Positions 14,101-28,180 of a stretch of DNA of 64,000 nucleotides are shown here, one piece after another; position 1 is the first letter of the stretch, and each line of letters begins with the position of its first letter. The stretch is from Lingula anatina. Lineage: Eukaryota; Animalia; Brachiopoda. A model generated the notes under the pieces. That model was not told the origin of the DNA. It searched no databases and saw only the letters and a list, made by a program, of their open reading frames with translations. The DNA lies in assembly GCA_051362555.1 (NCBI GenBank), contig CM120642.1, positions 5,022,001 through 5,086,000 of the forward strand, written 5' to 3'. Position numbers and translations under genes: made by a program.

Positions 14101-17100
14101 GGCATATATTTATAAAGATTTATGGTGACAGGCATGTTGTTTATTACAGTCAAGTCATATACAGCGATTTCTTTCTTTGACTAATAATAACCATGTATTT
14201 TTAAATATTCATATTTACATTGTGACCCAAAGTTTTAGTATTCAGTCAAAAAAAAAAAGTCAGCAACATAAAAGAATATGAAGTATTCAAAAGGAAAATA
14301 CCACCAATACCAACATATTTCAAACTGAAATCTAATTTGAGACTATAAATCATGAAAATATATTTTAGTTCAGGTAGCTCATAAAATACCCACCAGGTGC
14401 TTGCAGGATAGTGTGTCCAAGCTGAAAAAGATCCATCTTCCTTACGGAAGGTAAGCTCCCTCTTGTAGCCTGAAATTGAAATGGAGATGCATGAATAAAA
14501 CTCGGATATACTAGCTGTTTTGCTTTTGTTACATCATAAGTCACAAATTGATATATTTAATTTCATGATTTGAAAGAGATGCCATTGCACCTATAAAATA
14601 CTATACTTAATTTAATGTCTTTTCAACTGGTCTAACATGTCTTTTTCTCAACATATCCAATCATGCAAACAATATCAGAAAGGGTGACACTTGAAATGAA
14701 TGCCAATTTTTTTTCTGATAATATAATTTTCTTCTGCTTCTGCAACAACAATTTCTTACACTGTTACACATGCATTCACATTTCACATACACGTAAATAA
14801 AATTGATCCTACCTTCAGTGATGAAATTAAGAGCTTTCTTTTCCACCTCCGGAGTGAGTTGTCCAGTTTTCTTCAAGTAATATGTGGCATACAATGTTGG
14901 GGCCATGTAGATCATGGTTTGTTCTCCGCATCCCTTTGGCATCACCATGAACTCCTCAATACCATTGATATAGGAGGAGACACTGGGACCAACAACAGAA
15001 CCTAAGGAAAGAACAGGCAAATAGACTTTTTCATTATTTCTTGTGTAAAGACGGTAAAAAGGAAACTTTGGTATAGTCAAAGATGTTTTATGACAAGCCC
15101 CATCTCCAGATAATTGCCCATATCACTCATGATGAAAATGACAATAATGTCAATATGTGAACATAGAAGAGATGCAGCTGTGACCCTAAAAATCCAATTG
15201 GTCAGCTTATCGTTGCTTTAATTGACACCAATGGTTGAACTGTTTCTGAACCTTAAGTCCTATTCCAACAGTGTACCTGATATGCTTTTCTGTTTTGCAC
15301 CAATCTGGTTGGTCCTCACAAGTTATTATGCTATAAGACATAGGTTGTGGTGTTTACTGCCCATCACAAGTTTGCTGTTTGCAACTATCTAAATTAATCT
15401 GGTTAGCAGACCATGTCAAGGGGGTCTGCTTAGGTGACTTCCTTATAAAGTTACCATGCAGGCTTTTAGGTTGTCAGTCTCTCAATATGGTCAAAAACAG
15501 ACAATTTTACAGCATGATATGAAAAGGGCCTTCTAAGAAGTGACATAAGTCGTGACAAGTGAAGTATCCCCACCTAAGGCACTGACTGTGCATTTCTCAG
15601 TTCCTTCAATGGCTTCCTCTGGGGGTCTGGCATCCACTGTGTTTGTCTGCCTCTGGTCAGTATCTCCTTGTAAGTTAAGAATTCAAATAATAATAATGAT
15701 AATAATAATATGTTTAACACTAGAAAAAGCTGTAGCATATATTTCCCAAAACAACATAAAAAAATCAGATAGAAATGAGTTACTGAAGCAATTCCTGGCA
15801 CTTTTTACATTTTTTTTTCTGCTCACAAAAGAAATCTACCAAGTGACAATCACTTTAAATCAGATTGTTTAACTTTATTTTGGTAAAAATTTTACTTTTC
15901 CAGAAACAATATTTTCAGTAAAAAAAAATACATACTTGAACTTCTCTTAAACCTGCTGAGTCGACCTGCTGGATCTAAGATCACTGAGTATGATTTCACC
16001 TTCTCTATTCCCTCAGGCTAAAAGAAATGAATATTTTATTTATCATATAAAATATTCCGAATTTTTCTATAATATGACAAACTGATGTTCACAGTTTCCC
16101 TATATTACAAAATGTTACATATAATCATGTAGCATTCCTGATAATATACTACACATGGCTGTAGGACTACATGCATCATTGGAAATGTGATGAACTACTT
16201 TTTCTGTTATAAATAAGTGGGAAATCCCTTTCTTTCAAGTTTTTGTCCGAGTGCATTTAATCAAAAGACAGAAAACAGAAATAAAACTTACAACAACCAG
16301 TAACTTCTTCTCTACAATGTCGGGTCCAAAACTTGTAAATGCCTTAACTTTGATTGGATACTCTCCAGCTTCAAGTGGAACTATGGGATATGATACAGAA
16401 TACGCATCACCAGGGGCAACCACAAACATTTTTTCTTGGCTCTTGGTTCCAGGTAATGAGCTGGCACATACACCTTCTGTTCCATCCATGAACATCTTAA
16501 CCTAGAAATAAAGATGGATATATTCATCCGTTATGTTAAAATTGCCCTCTTAAAAGGGATTATATTCAAATAGGAAATCTGTAATTGAATGGACTTACGT
16601 AACTCAGTAAGTTTATTCCCTTAATATAATTACATCAAAAAAGTTGTACTTTTGCCACTTTCTATATATAGTAACAGACAGAAGTAACACTTGAAATAAA
16701 GAACATTATTTTCAAATTATGCAGGAATATGATTATGAAATTGTTTGATGTTAATTGCTATTGTGTTGGGATGAGAAAAATCAATGTGTTAGGTGTTAAA
16801 TTCAACGGTTTTCTTTAACAGATTTAAAATCTTTTACTGAACTTAAAAAGACAAGCACATGCTGCAGCTCACCCTCATCTCTACTCTCTCGTAATTATAT
16901 ACAGTGGCCATAACCTCTATCTGCTCTCCTTTAATGGCAGAATATGGAAGCTCCAGCTGCAGGAAGAATGACTTGAACACGGTCACATTATGGGCCCTGG
17001 TAACACAGAGACCATCGCGGGCCCCTATGCCCAGACCATGGACAACCCAAGTGGTTATTGAATCTGGGAAGTTAACACTATGACTGGCCTGGCCATAATC

Positions 17101-20100
17101 ACTGAAATATAATATGCTTTGCATGTAAATCATATTTGATCAGTGGATTCCTGATGCTACAATATCTGCATTCCAATGAACTTGTACCATATATTTTCTT
17201 ATAACTTTATTTCTACCTGTTTTTTTTTTTTGTTTGTTTGTTTGTTTGTTTGTTTGTTTGTTTTTTTTTTTTTTTCAACCAATTAGAATAATAAATTCAT
17301 TGCAATTGCCCCTTGTCTACATTTGTATACTGATGTCACATAAATGTCTTCAAACCAGATTTGAAAACCAAATTTTCGATATATCAAGATTAGGCACTAC
17401 AAAACATGAGTATCAAAATGTATGTGTTGTCTTAAAACACCAGGAAAAACAAGAGGAATTATTTAAAACAACATGCAAAAAAAAAAACCATACTCTAAGT
17501 AAATGTCCTCAAACAACCAGGATTCGGGGAAATCTGAGCGGACAGGCACTCCAGTCTCGTCGACTGGGATTTGGTCAAAGGTTAGCTGCAGGGGCTCGGG
17601 GATTATGTCACTTGACCTGCCTCTGAAATCGTCAGGTTTTGCATACACCATATAAGCTGACAATCGTCCTGGAAGTACAGAGCATAGACTGATGATGATG
17701 ATGGTGAAGTGTATATCTATGAAACATTACCACAATGTAAGGGGTCCACATGGTCCTTACTGGTAGATTAAAATAAACTATGTAGATATGTAAGTTACAT
17801 AAATTTTAGATCTTAAATCCATTCTTTCTATCATTAAAAAAAACATTAGGAATCAGTTTTTGCACCAAAGTATATACAACTGCAATATCTTATAGAGAAG
17901 TCATAGCCTTTTGAAAAAAAAATGATGAGCCTAGGCCAAACAATTTATAAAATTATATTCCTTTATATTAAACCAAATTACACCAAGTAAATATTTTATC
18001 AGCAAAAATTCCCTGCCTTTATATTAAAAGGTATGGGACTTTCAGAGCAACTCCACTTAATATCCAAAGTCCAATGATACACACCTATCCTCTCTTGAAC
18101 AGGCATCTCTTTACAGCAGCGGAAGAAAGTAGCTCTACAGTGATTGGTCACGTTCCTGAGTCCAGCAATTCTCTGGTAACATGTGAGTCCAGAAAAATCC
18201 CTGCGTTGACCCAGATTACAGCATCTTGTCTTCTCGTCCTGCACGTTCCAGTTGTCAAGACGTGATCTTCCTGATAGAAAAAAAGTTTTTGAGGCAAACA
18301 CAGTAAGCAACTTCTTTTTATATTTTTAAGTTCAATCTAATCTGTAATCAAGTATGTTGGCAGGGAGGCTTGGAAGGTTTGAAAAATGCCAATCTTTTGA
18401 CCGGGAATTAGCACACTCTGAATCAAAATTTGATCAAAGTTGTATGATGCACAAAGGTAACCTTTTTCAGAAAAAGAACCTTTCCTTTGAAATTTCTGGT
18501 AACAAACAAGAGCTCTACTTCCCATGAGGGTACAAATTATAGAACTCAAAGGAATTGGGACAAATGCAATTGGCCCCCTCTAAAATGAAACTACCACTTT
18601 CCTAATCTTCACACGGAAACAAAATTCAAATTTCCGGTATGTGCTAAAACATGCTAATGCAATTATGAGCACTGCCAACCTGGAGTAAAATTTGAATGCT
18701 TTTAGAAAGAGATAAAAAATCTTAGGAATCAACTTAAAAACAGGCATACTTATTGCCCTTTTCTTCCTGTGTGTTGGCAACACATCACACTTGATGTCCG
18801 TCCTCTTGTCCACATACAGATCTGCACTCGTAATCACAGCTATCCCAGCATCCTGAAGACATCAGGTAAAATATCCAATACTATTATATACATGTACTGG
18901 TAGTACTAGGAAAATTAACAAATGAAAGAATGAGAGGGGGGTTGTAACCCCGTGTAACCCTGTTAGTGGACAGATTAAAAACTTGTCTGTCTGATATGAA
19001 ACATTTTACTTATAAGATTAGTAACCTCAACAAAGCAATCACAGAACATTTTAATATAGCAAGAACTACCTTGAATACTGTACGGCTATCTTGACCACCT
19101 CCTGGAGTACAGCCAAGATCATAACTCTCCATTGCAGAAAACATCTGAAATATATTTTCAAAAAACATATCAGCAGTTAAACACAGTAATCACTATATTA
19201 CAGGAGATAAAGAAACAATGACCAACTGACTCATAAAAAAAAACTCTTTGACATTGCTAGTAATGGGCCTGTCTATATGAAAATGCATTTTACCTCAGTA
19301 GGGTATGTGTGCAGGGCACATCAAGGGACAACAGCAGGACTAGATTTTCCCACTGTGGTGAGTTAATCTTAATAACAAGACCTGCTAATATTGAACATGT
19401 ACTAACTTGTAAATGTTTACAATATTTCCTACCTTCTGTGGTGTTAGCCTGTCATTAGCATTGAGCAGGTACACGGCCTTGTCCACTGCCAGTAGCCCCA
19501 CCTTGGACTTGGGTTCTCCCTTAACCACTACCTTACCATGCTGACCTGGGCGATAATCTTCTTGGTCAGTGGTCAACAAAATCTGAAAACAATTGTGATG
19601 GGAATGGTTTAATAAATTACCGCAAAATTCAATTAAATGAAATTTATTGCCAAAAAGGCAATGCTCTTTTATATGTTGTTCAACTTAGTTTATATTCTGA
19701 TCTCATATACATTCATATTATACCTTATTTCTGCATTCATCCTCAATATCAAACCAGACGGAATCTGCCACCACTTCACCTGTCGTCTGGTCAATGTAGT
19801 GAGCAACCAATCGTGCAGCAGGCAGCATGTCATGTGACACAATAAATGGAAGAAATGTCATTCCTCCTTCCATCTTTGCAACACTTCTTTGTTCTGTGAT
19901 TTTACCTCCAGCAATCACCTTAAACATACAGCAAAACTTTTTTATTTTTCAATCTGGCAGAATGTTTGGGGGGGGGGGGGGGTTGAGGGGTGGGGGATGG
20001 ATGTGCAAGCTACCAGAAAATACTTTCTTTATCTGTAGTTTAAAACTAATTTAGATACTGCATTATCAGCAATAAAAGCTTAAATTCTAACACTTGATTT

Positions 20101-23100
20101 ACATAATCTTTACAAATAAATAGTTAAAACTGACAAAATGCCTTTAATTAATTTGTTATAAACACTTCTTGAATGTGTTTGTTACCACAGATTAAGCAGT
20201 ATAGAAAGCCTACCATATACTGAATATTAACATTCTGGTCAGTTGTTAAGAAGGCTTCTGCAGCAATGGAATCCCCAACCTAAATTCAGATCAGATAAGA
20301 ACTCTGGCTACCACATAGTAAGCCAAAATATATAAGCAAATGAATCAATAAAAGCTTTCATGTATCTTATATCAAAAAGTAACTGCTGTAGCATAATATG
20401 CTACTTTATTTAAAAGCATACACTTTTTGTTTAACCACCATATTATAATTTTCTTGTATAATGTCTATTGAAATCTCTTCACAAAATTAACAGTACTTCA
20501 TGAAACACAATGATTTTCCTTACATTGATCTGCCTTTCCTTTACTCTGACCACCATATACTGTTTACTTGGAGAGTGATAGGCAGTGGTCACTTGAGTCA
20601 AGTTGGCTGATGGCGACATATCTGAGGTTTTGACCTTGGAGAATGATACAGATCTACATGCTCAGTTCTATCAATTTAAGTCATTGACTTCAGTTAAAAA
20701 TTGTTGTTATTGAATATCAATCCCTCATTTCTTTATTTCTTTATTCATATTTTGTTGTCAACGATACTGTAAATCTATACCCGATTCAAAATCATGGTCA
20801 TTAAAACAAAAACTATAATGACAATTAATTTTACAGTAATGCACCAGTCAACTGATCAATTTATTCAAAATTTACTCAAATTAATCATTACATCAATCAG
20901 ATTCACTTGAATTAATCAAATAACTAACTGTCATGTAAACTTACTGTCAAAGCCAGTGTGTCTGTATTTGGTGGAACCAGTACAGTGAAATGTGCTTGAC
21001 CATGGTCATCCGTCTCTACTGTGGTTGGTCCATTGTCCATCATCTCCACGGCAACCTGTGACCAGTCAGTCAGTATAGCAAATGCAGACAATGAAACCTG
21101 CACACTGGAGGCTCGGGTATGGTTGGCATAGAAGAGGTCAACCTAAAAGGTAAAGGTATCGCTTTAAAATTTTTTTTAAATTTTTTTAAAATTTAAAGTT
21201 GATTTTAGTTATGGGTGTATGCTGAACTATTTTCAGTATTAACCAATCAATTTTCCATGTGCTAGTCATTCACAATACTAAAGGATATACTGGATATATA
21301 ATACTACATATTATGAAATGAAAATTTAAGGACTTAAAGAATTTTACAAATAAACTTTTTTGTATATTTGTTAATTTTTCTACTTTGAAAGTTGGCTTCA
21401 CAGAACATTAAAATTATGCCATTGCAATTTTTTATGCAATCAAATTAAAAATTAAAAACCAATTAATTGTTTGTAACAAAAACCCTCACACATATTGACT
21501 AAAATAGAAGAAAAGAGAATTGTGTTGGGGTTCAAGGTTACCTTAGCATCAAATGGCAATCCAGGCTTGAAGTAACGGTTTGTCCTCTTGAAGTCAAGAT
21601 AATATGGGGACCTGACAAATTGGGCAGAACTGTCCTCCTTAATCTCCTTCTTGCCTGTGGCCCTCTCAGTAACCTAGAGGACAAAAAATGATTTGTTTTT
21701 TAAAAATTTATTTCACGAGGAAACAAGATCAACAAACATATGAAATATTTAATTTATTAGTTCCAAGCAGAATATTACTTTGTCACATAAACACACAATG
21801 GGTACAAATATGTAAAACAGATAATCAATGATATAAAAAAAGAAAAGCACTAGAGATTTTTTGGCTAGTAGGCTATAGTATCTATTTCAGGTACATGTAA
21901 AAACGATTTCTGGCAACAAAAATGCATGTATTTGAAGAAGCCCCATGTTTGATTTCATATACGTACCTCAGCATGTATGTAGAACCTGGCACCATCTGGG
22001 AACCAGAAATCTTCTCCAAGGTCTCTGATGTATTGAGTGCTCACCTCCCAACTGACTTCTCCATTCACCATCTAGAAAAATTAAATCTGCCTCTAAACAA
22101 GTTCATCAACTTTGTTTTAATGGAAAAAATTTGTTTCTGCCAGAAATAATGTGACATAAATTAATACAATCACTAAACTACAGTGAACTTGGCTTTGTCT
22201 TTTCACATTCACTTTATGAAAAAATATCTTGTTTAGATTTGCCAATTTTTACTTAAGACACTATAATTAATTGTGCACATTCAATACACACTGTCTTAAA
22301 AGCTCATTTTCACATTACACAAAGACATTATAATTTCAAATCACTAAAATAATAACTGATACACTCATCTTGTACATATATCTAAAACATTTTTAAAATA
22401 AATCTTAATTCTGCTAATGCTTGCAGACATACCCCTATTATACTATTTGCAAAAAGAAGTCTAACTGAGATAATAGATTGAAGGAACTAGGCCATTTCGG
22501 ATAACAAAAAAATTACCTGTAAATGTTTTTGTGTGCCAAACACTATCACTTCACCTTCATAGTTCATGATTCCAAACTTCATGAATACTGACCCTTTGAC
22601 TCCTTTCCCATAGACATACCTAGAATATATACATTTTTTATTACACATGCAAAGTTTGAGAGTTCCAAACCTGTAGGAGTATGCATATTTCCCTATATGT
22701 CATAATATCTGAATTAAAAATGACTCGTTTTAGACACAAGTATTTGAATTAATTGTGCCCATTGACATTGCCTGATGCAGAAATTAGAGCTAAGTGTCTT
22801 TGTATCTAAAAGTATCTAAATATTCCATGATCCATCATATTTTATATATATTTTGCACTTTCAACATTATTTTTTCAATCCACTTCACTAATAATTAGAA
22901 TGTTCCCTTTTAAAGGGAAGAAAATTCTATTATACTATTGGTGCCAAATCAAAATTTATTTGAGACTTTGATCTGATATGAAAATTAAATATCTGGGTCT
23001 GGTGTTCATGCACATTTTGGTAATATGTATTGGCAATGATCCATATTTTAATTTCATCATTTCAGAATACTCACTTTGCAGTTACTTTTCCATGTATAAG

Positions 23101-26100
23101 AACATCATGGGGCAAAATATATGGCCTAGATATCACCTTCACTGAGAAAGTAGGCAAAACTGAAAAAAAGGTTTTGGAGAGTTATAAGAATTGGAAGCAT
23201 GCTTGAAATACTGTAATTTATTTACTTTTTTGGCAAGTTGCCATTTTAATCTAACACTGAGACAATTTTGCATTACTATGAAATATATATAGTTAAAAAA
23301 ATACTCAAAAACCTTAGGATATATTAAAGTGCATCATTAAATTAAAACAAGGCAGCAAAGCTGTCAAATGTACAGACAAAAAACAGGAAATAACTATGCA
23401 CAAAATAGGCTACTGTCAATTCTGATGCAAAAATACATTATGTTAAACTGCAAAGTCAACATCAAATTTTAATTATCCTCAACAGGTAATACCAATGTAA
23501 TTAAAATATGTGACAAGTTTACACTTTGAAAATGTATAACTTCCAGAAAAAGAAGTTCCTTAGACTGCTTTTCCAACTCAGACTGCATTTTAGTCCTGTA
23601 TTTCTTTTTTGAAAGTTTGGCAATCATAAGTAACATGGTTTTCCCATAATGGTCATCATGGCAGCAGCACCCAAAATTGTGTTTTCTTCTATTCTGATGC
23701 AATATTACATAATGGTTAACAGCAAAATGACTCAATTTTAATAATAAAATATACGTATCATGGATTTTCAGAAAATGTGACTAGCATGGGTCTTCAAGCC
23801 CGTGGAACTTCAAAGTCACACCTTGAAAATGCCAATATGTGAAAAATTAAATTTTCACAAAATAACTGTTTAACTGGCAGCAAGAATTACCAAACAGACT
23901 GTATTTCCTACTGAAGCTGTATTTTAGTCCCATGTTTCTTTCCTGTAAGTTTGAGAACAGTAAATGACATGGTTTTTCTTAAATGGTCATCATGGGAGCA
24001 GTGCCCAAAATAGTTTTTTTTTTTCAAATTTTGATGCAATATTACATAATGTTTAACAGCATAATGACCATCAACTTTAATAATAAAATATTAGTATTAT
24101 GGATATTCAGAAAATGTGACTAGCAAAGGTCTTCAGGCCCATGGAACTTCAAAGTCACAACTTGAAAATGCCAAAATGTAAACAAGACAGCACTGTTCTG
24201 AAATGTTTTTTTTTTCCATTTTTAACAATTTTTAACATAAAACAAAATTATCAGTTTTCTGCTGTTTTTATATGATAAACTAAGAAAATTGATGAGATGG
24301 GAAATATATCAACAGAGCAGTGTTAAATGTCCAATCTCTTCCATTCTGAGATTCTGAACATAGTGAATGATTGAATCTGACAAACTGCAATGATATGAGT
24401 TTATTTCCATTTTTGAAACTTTATTACACAATACATGATAACAAGTTTACCATCATTTTTACATAATCAACTAATAATGTTGTAAAATTGCAGGAAATGC
24501 CAAACAAACACTTTTACGTATCTTATTAGTTCAATAATGAAACTGTTTACATGCCTAAGAATTAAATCTGAGGAAATGTGAAAAAACTGCATTTCTTTAA
24601 AATAATGGCCCGATTATGCTGATTTTTGAACTCAACCTGCGTTTTAGCAGGAATGACCACTCCTGTGAGTTTAATGACAATTGGCCTATCTGTTTTTCTT
24701 ATATTGTGTTTACAGTGTTGCATATATGCTGAAAAGGGAAAAAAAAGCATAACTTCTACAATAATGGCCCGATCATGCCGATTTTCGAACTTGACCTGCA
24801 TTTTATGAATATTCATCAGCTCTGTAAATATACAGCCAAAAAGTAAAACTGCCTTCCACTTATCGTGTTTACAATGAAAGTGCATGGCGCCGGCGACAGC
24901 GACAGTGATGGCAACGATGACGACGACAGACACAGGTGATGGCAAAATGGACAGACACATCTGTACATATTAACTGTACTATTTGAGAACAGTAAGTGAC
25001 ATGGTTTTTCTTAAATGGTCATCATGGGAGCAGTGCCCAAAATAGTTTTTTTTCAAATTTTGATGCAATATTACATAATGTTTAACAGCATATTTTAATA
25101 ATAAAATATTAGTATCATGGACAAATAGTAAACGTGACTAACAAAGGTTTTTAGGCCGATGGAACTTCAAAGTCACACCTTCAAAATGCCAAAATGTAAA
25201 CAAGACTGCACTGTTCTGAAATGGGTTTATTTCCATTTTTAACACTTTTTTAACATAAAACAAAATTAAAAGGTTACTGCCATTTTTATAAGATCAACTA
25301 AGAAAATTGATGAGATGTGAAAAATATCAATAGAACAGTGTTAAATGTCCAATTTCTTCCATTCTGAGATTCTGAACATAGTGAACGATTGAATCTGACA
25401 AACTGCAATGATATGAGTTTATTTCCATTTTTGACACTTTATTACACAATACACGAAAACAAGTTTACCATCATTTTTACATAATCAACTAACAATGTTG
25501 TAAAGATGCAGGAAATGTCAAACAAACACTTTTACGTATCTTATTTCTTAAATAATAAGGCTATTAACATGCCTAAGAATTAAATCTGAGGAAATGTGAA
25601 AAAACAGCATAACTTCTAAAATAATGCCCCGATTATGCTGATTTTCGAACTCAACCTGCGTTCTAGTAAGACTGACCATTCCTGTGAGTTTAATGACAAT
25701 TGGGCTTACTGTTTTTCTTATATTGTGTTTACAGTGTTGCATATATGCTGAACAATGAAAAAACCGCATAACTACTAAAATAGTAGCCCAATCATGCTGA
25801 TTTTCGAACTTGACCTGCGTTTTAGTAAGATTAATTATTCCTGTGAGTGTCATGACAACAGGCCTAACGGTTTTCCTTAAAATGTGTTTACAAGGTTGCA
25901 TATATCCTGAAAAGTGAAAAAACAGCATAACTTCTACAATAATGGCCCGATCATGCTGATTTTCGAACTTGACCTGCGTTTTATGAATATTCATCAGCTC
26001 TGTAAATATAAAGCCAAAAAGTAAAACTGCCTTCCACTTATCGTGTTTACAAGGAAAGTGCACGGCGACGGCATCGGCATCGGCATCGGCATCGGCATCG

Positions 26101-28146
26101 GCGACGGCGACGACAGACGCAGGTGATGGCAATATGTACAGACACATCTGTGTCTGTACATAAAAAGTACATTAAGCACTTTAAGCTGTGGTTACAGTAA
26201 TGTAAGCAAAAATACACCCTTTTTAATGCCTGGTAGGAGCCTGAACTATTTTTTAATGCAGAAAACTCACCATATTCCTTCACTTCAAACTTCACTGAAG
26301 TGTTCTGAAGATGCTAAGTAAAAGATAACAACTACTTAATTATCTATATAAGAAACTAATTTAGCTCATCTATAAAAATTTTCAAATTACATTTCATACG
26401 ATTGAAATATAGATCAAATATTTCACATATTCCCTTCTAAGCAAATCCAAATAAGGTTTGATCACCCCACAACTCATGTTAAGTTATAACTTATTATAAT
26501 GATAATAAAATTTTTAAAAATATGTTTAATAGCTGGCTTAAGGCAAGACAATTTTTTCTTTCTTTATTTCTATGTACCAGGAGTAAGATTGGGCATTTGC
26601 ATTTCAAGTTACACATGTTGTGTATACACCTTACATCTAGTCCATAATATGCTGCCACCGTCCAGTTCCCAAACATTGGGAAAGGTGGAAAGGTGAAGGT
26701 CAAACTGACGAAACCCTCCTTGACTGTGACGTTAGTGTAACGTTCCACAACTGTTCTTTGAGGATTCTGGGAAAATCAAAAGATTTATAAAAATTTTCAT
26801 CATTTCTAAACTCTGCTTTGAAAGAAATGTGCAATTTAATGACTTATCAAATGTTTCACAATAAAAATTCTGCTCTGTTTAAGCAAGAGTTAAAAATCAA
26901 GACATACCATCTACCAGTTTCAATTTTGCAAACAATATATAAAGACTCTGCCATTAGCATCATTTCCATGCAATTTAATCATAATCAAAACTTAGCAGAG
27001 ATACAATCTTGGATTCTTGCAGATTTCATGTTTACCATCTTAAGATGCAAGCAATCTAATTTATATACTAATAAATTGGACTGGTGAGGGACAACCCCCC
27101 TTTCCCCCACCCACTGTACTTTTACTCTTATTCCTTATAATGAAACACACTTTAAAAAAGCCCTCCCCATCTGGAGTTTTCATTTCTGTTTCTATACCAA
27201 AATGTCAGACCAAGAATGTGCTGACAAAAAGGTAAATCATTATATTCTGAAAAAACTCAGGATCTCAGGTTGTAAAAACCAGGGTTTTTTGTCCAATTTT
27301 CAGCCCCCAACTGAGTGTTAGGCATGTGAAAAATGTTCCTAGCGCCTTTGTTATGTAGCTGTGGTACCTTCTCATTGGTTACACTGTAATTAACTTTTTT
27401 CTGCTTTCAGACAAAAAAATATTGGTAATCTTTAAGACTTCACCATAAAATATATTTCCTTTGTTTTCATGTTCAGTTCTGAATTTTATATGAAATGAAT
27501 CACTTACAGTAGTTACAGATGGCATGAAATTTGAGTTTTCTTCAGTTAAGTTCAACAGAAATTGTACAGTTACCTGCACTTTTTCTCTTAACACCAATGA
27601 ATTATAACCAGAACATCTTATTCAATGTCCAAGGCAAAAAAAGAACCCTGAATGTTCTCTTGATAAGTGCTGTTGTTGCCATTTTAATTTTCTTTTTTTT
27701 TTTAAATACCATGCACTAAATCCATAAGGGCTCCAAGGGCTAGGTGAATAGGAACCTTATTCACTAGGTAAACAAGTGCAATGTGCAGTAAATGTGAAGG
27801 ATTTGAGATTCTGGCACAAACCTGGAACTTGAGCTGTTAACTTGTGTGAGATCTTTCAAACTGTCAATTTGTACTTGTAAAAGCAGATACAAGTTCATAG
27901 TTCCTACATGTACATGTAACAGGATAACCAACTTCTACTTGTAAGAACTATAATACTGCCTGAGCTGTACATGGTACAGTATATCCAAATTAAACTACAT
28001 CTTTCTACAAGTGTGTGATCTACTTACAATTCCCCTAATTATCTTAAGTAACTCTCTTTGTAAAAGAGTGATAAACAACTGCTCCTTGAAAGAACTACAA
28101 TGCTGTCTAACATTTGTTCACGGTACTACTTTACAAAGTGAAGAGC

Positions 28147-28180
<34 letters not shown>

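Noticed and set aside
24562-26295. 132-aa and 199-aa ORFs with DADADA and repeated KTQVKFEN, and the RCRCRC ORF
   Set aside because: Translations of the intronic 159-bp repeat and hexamer microsatellite. The only real coding part is the C3 exon 26271-26313.
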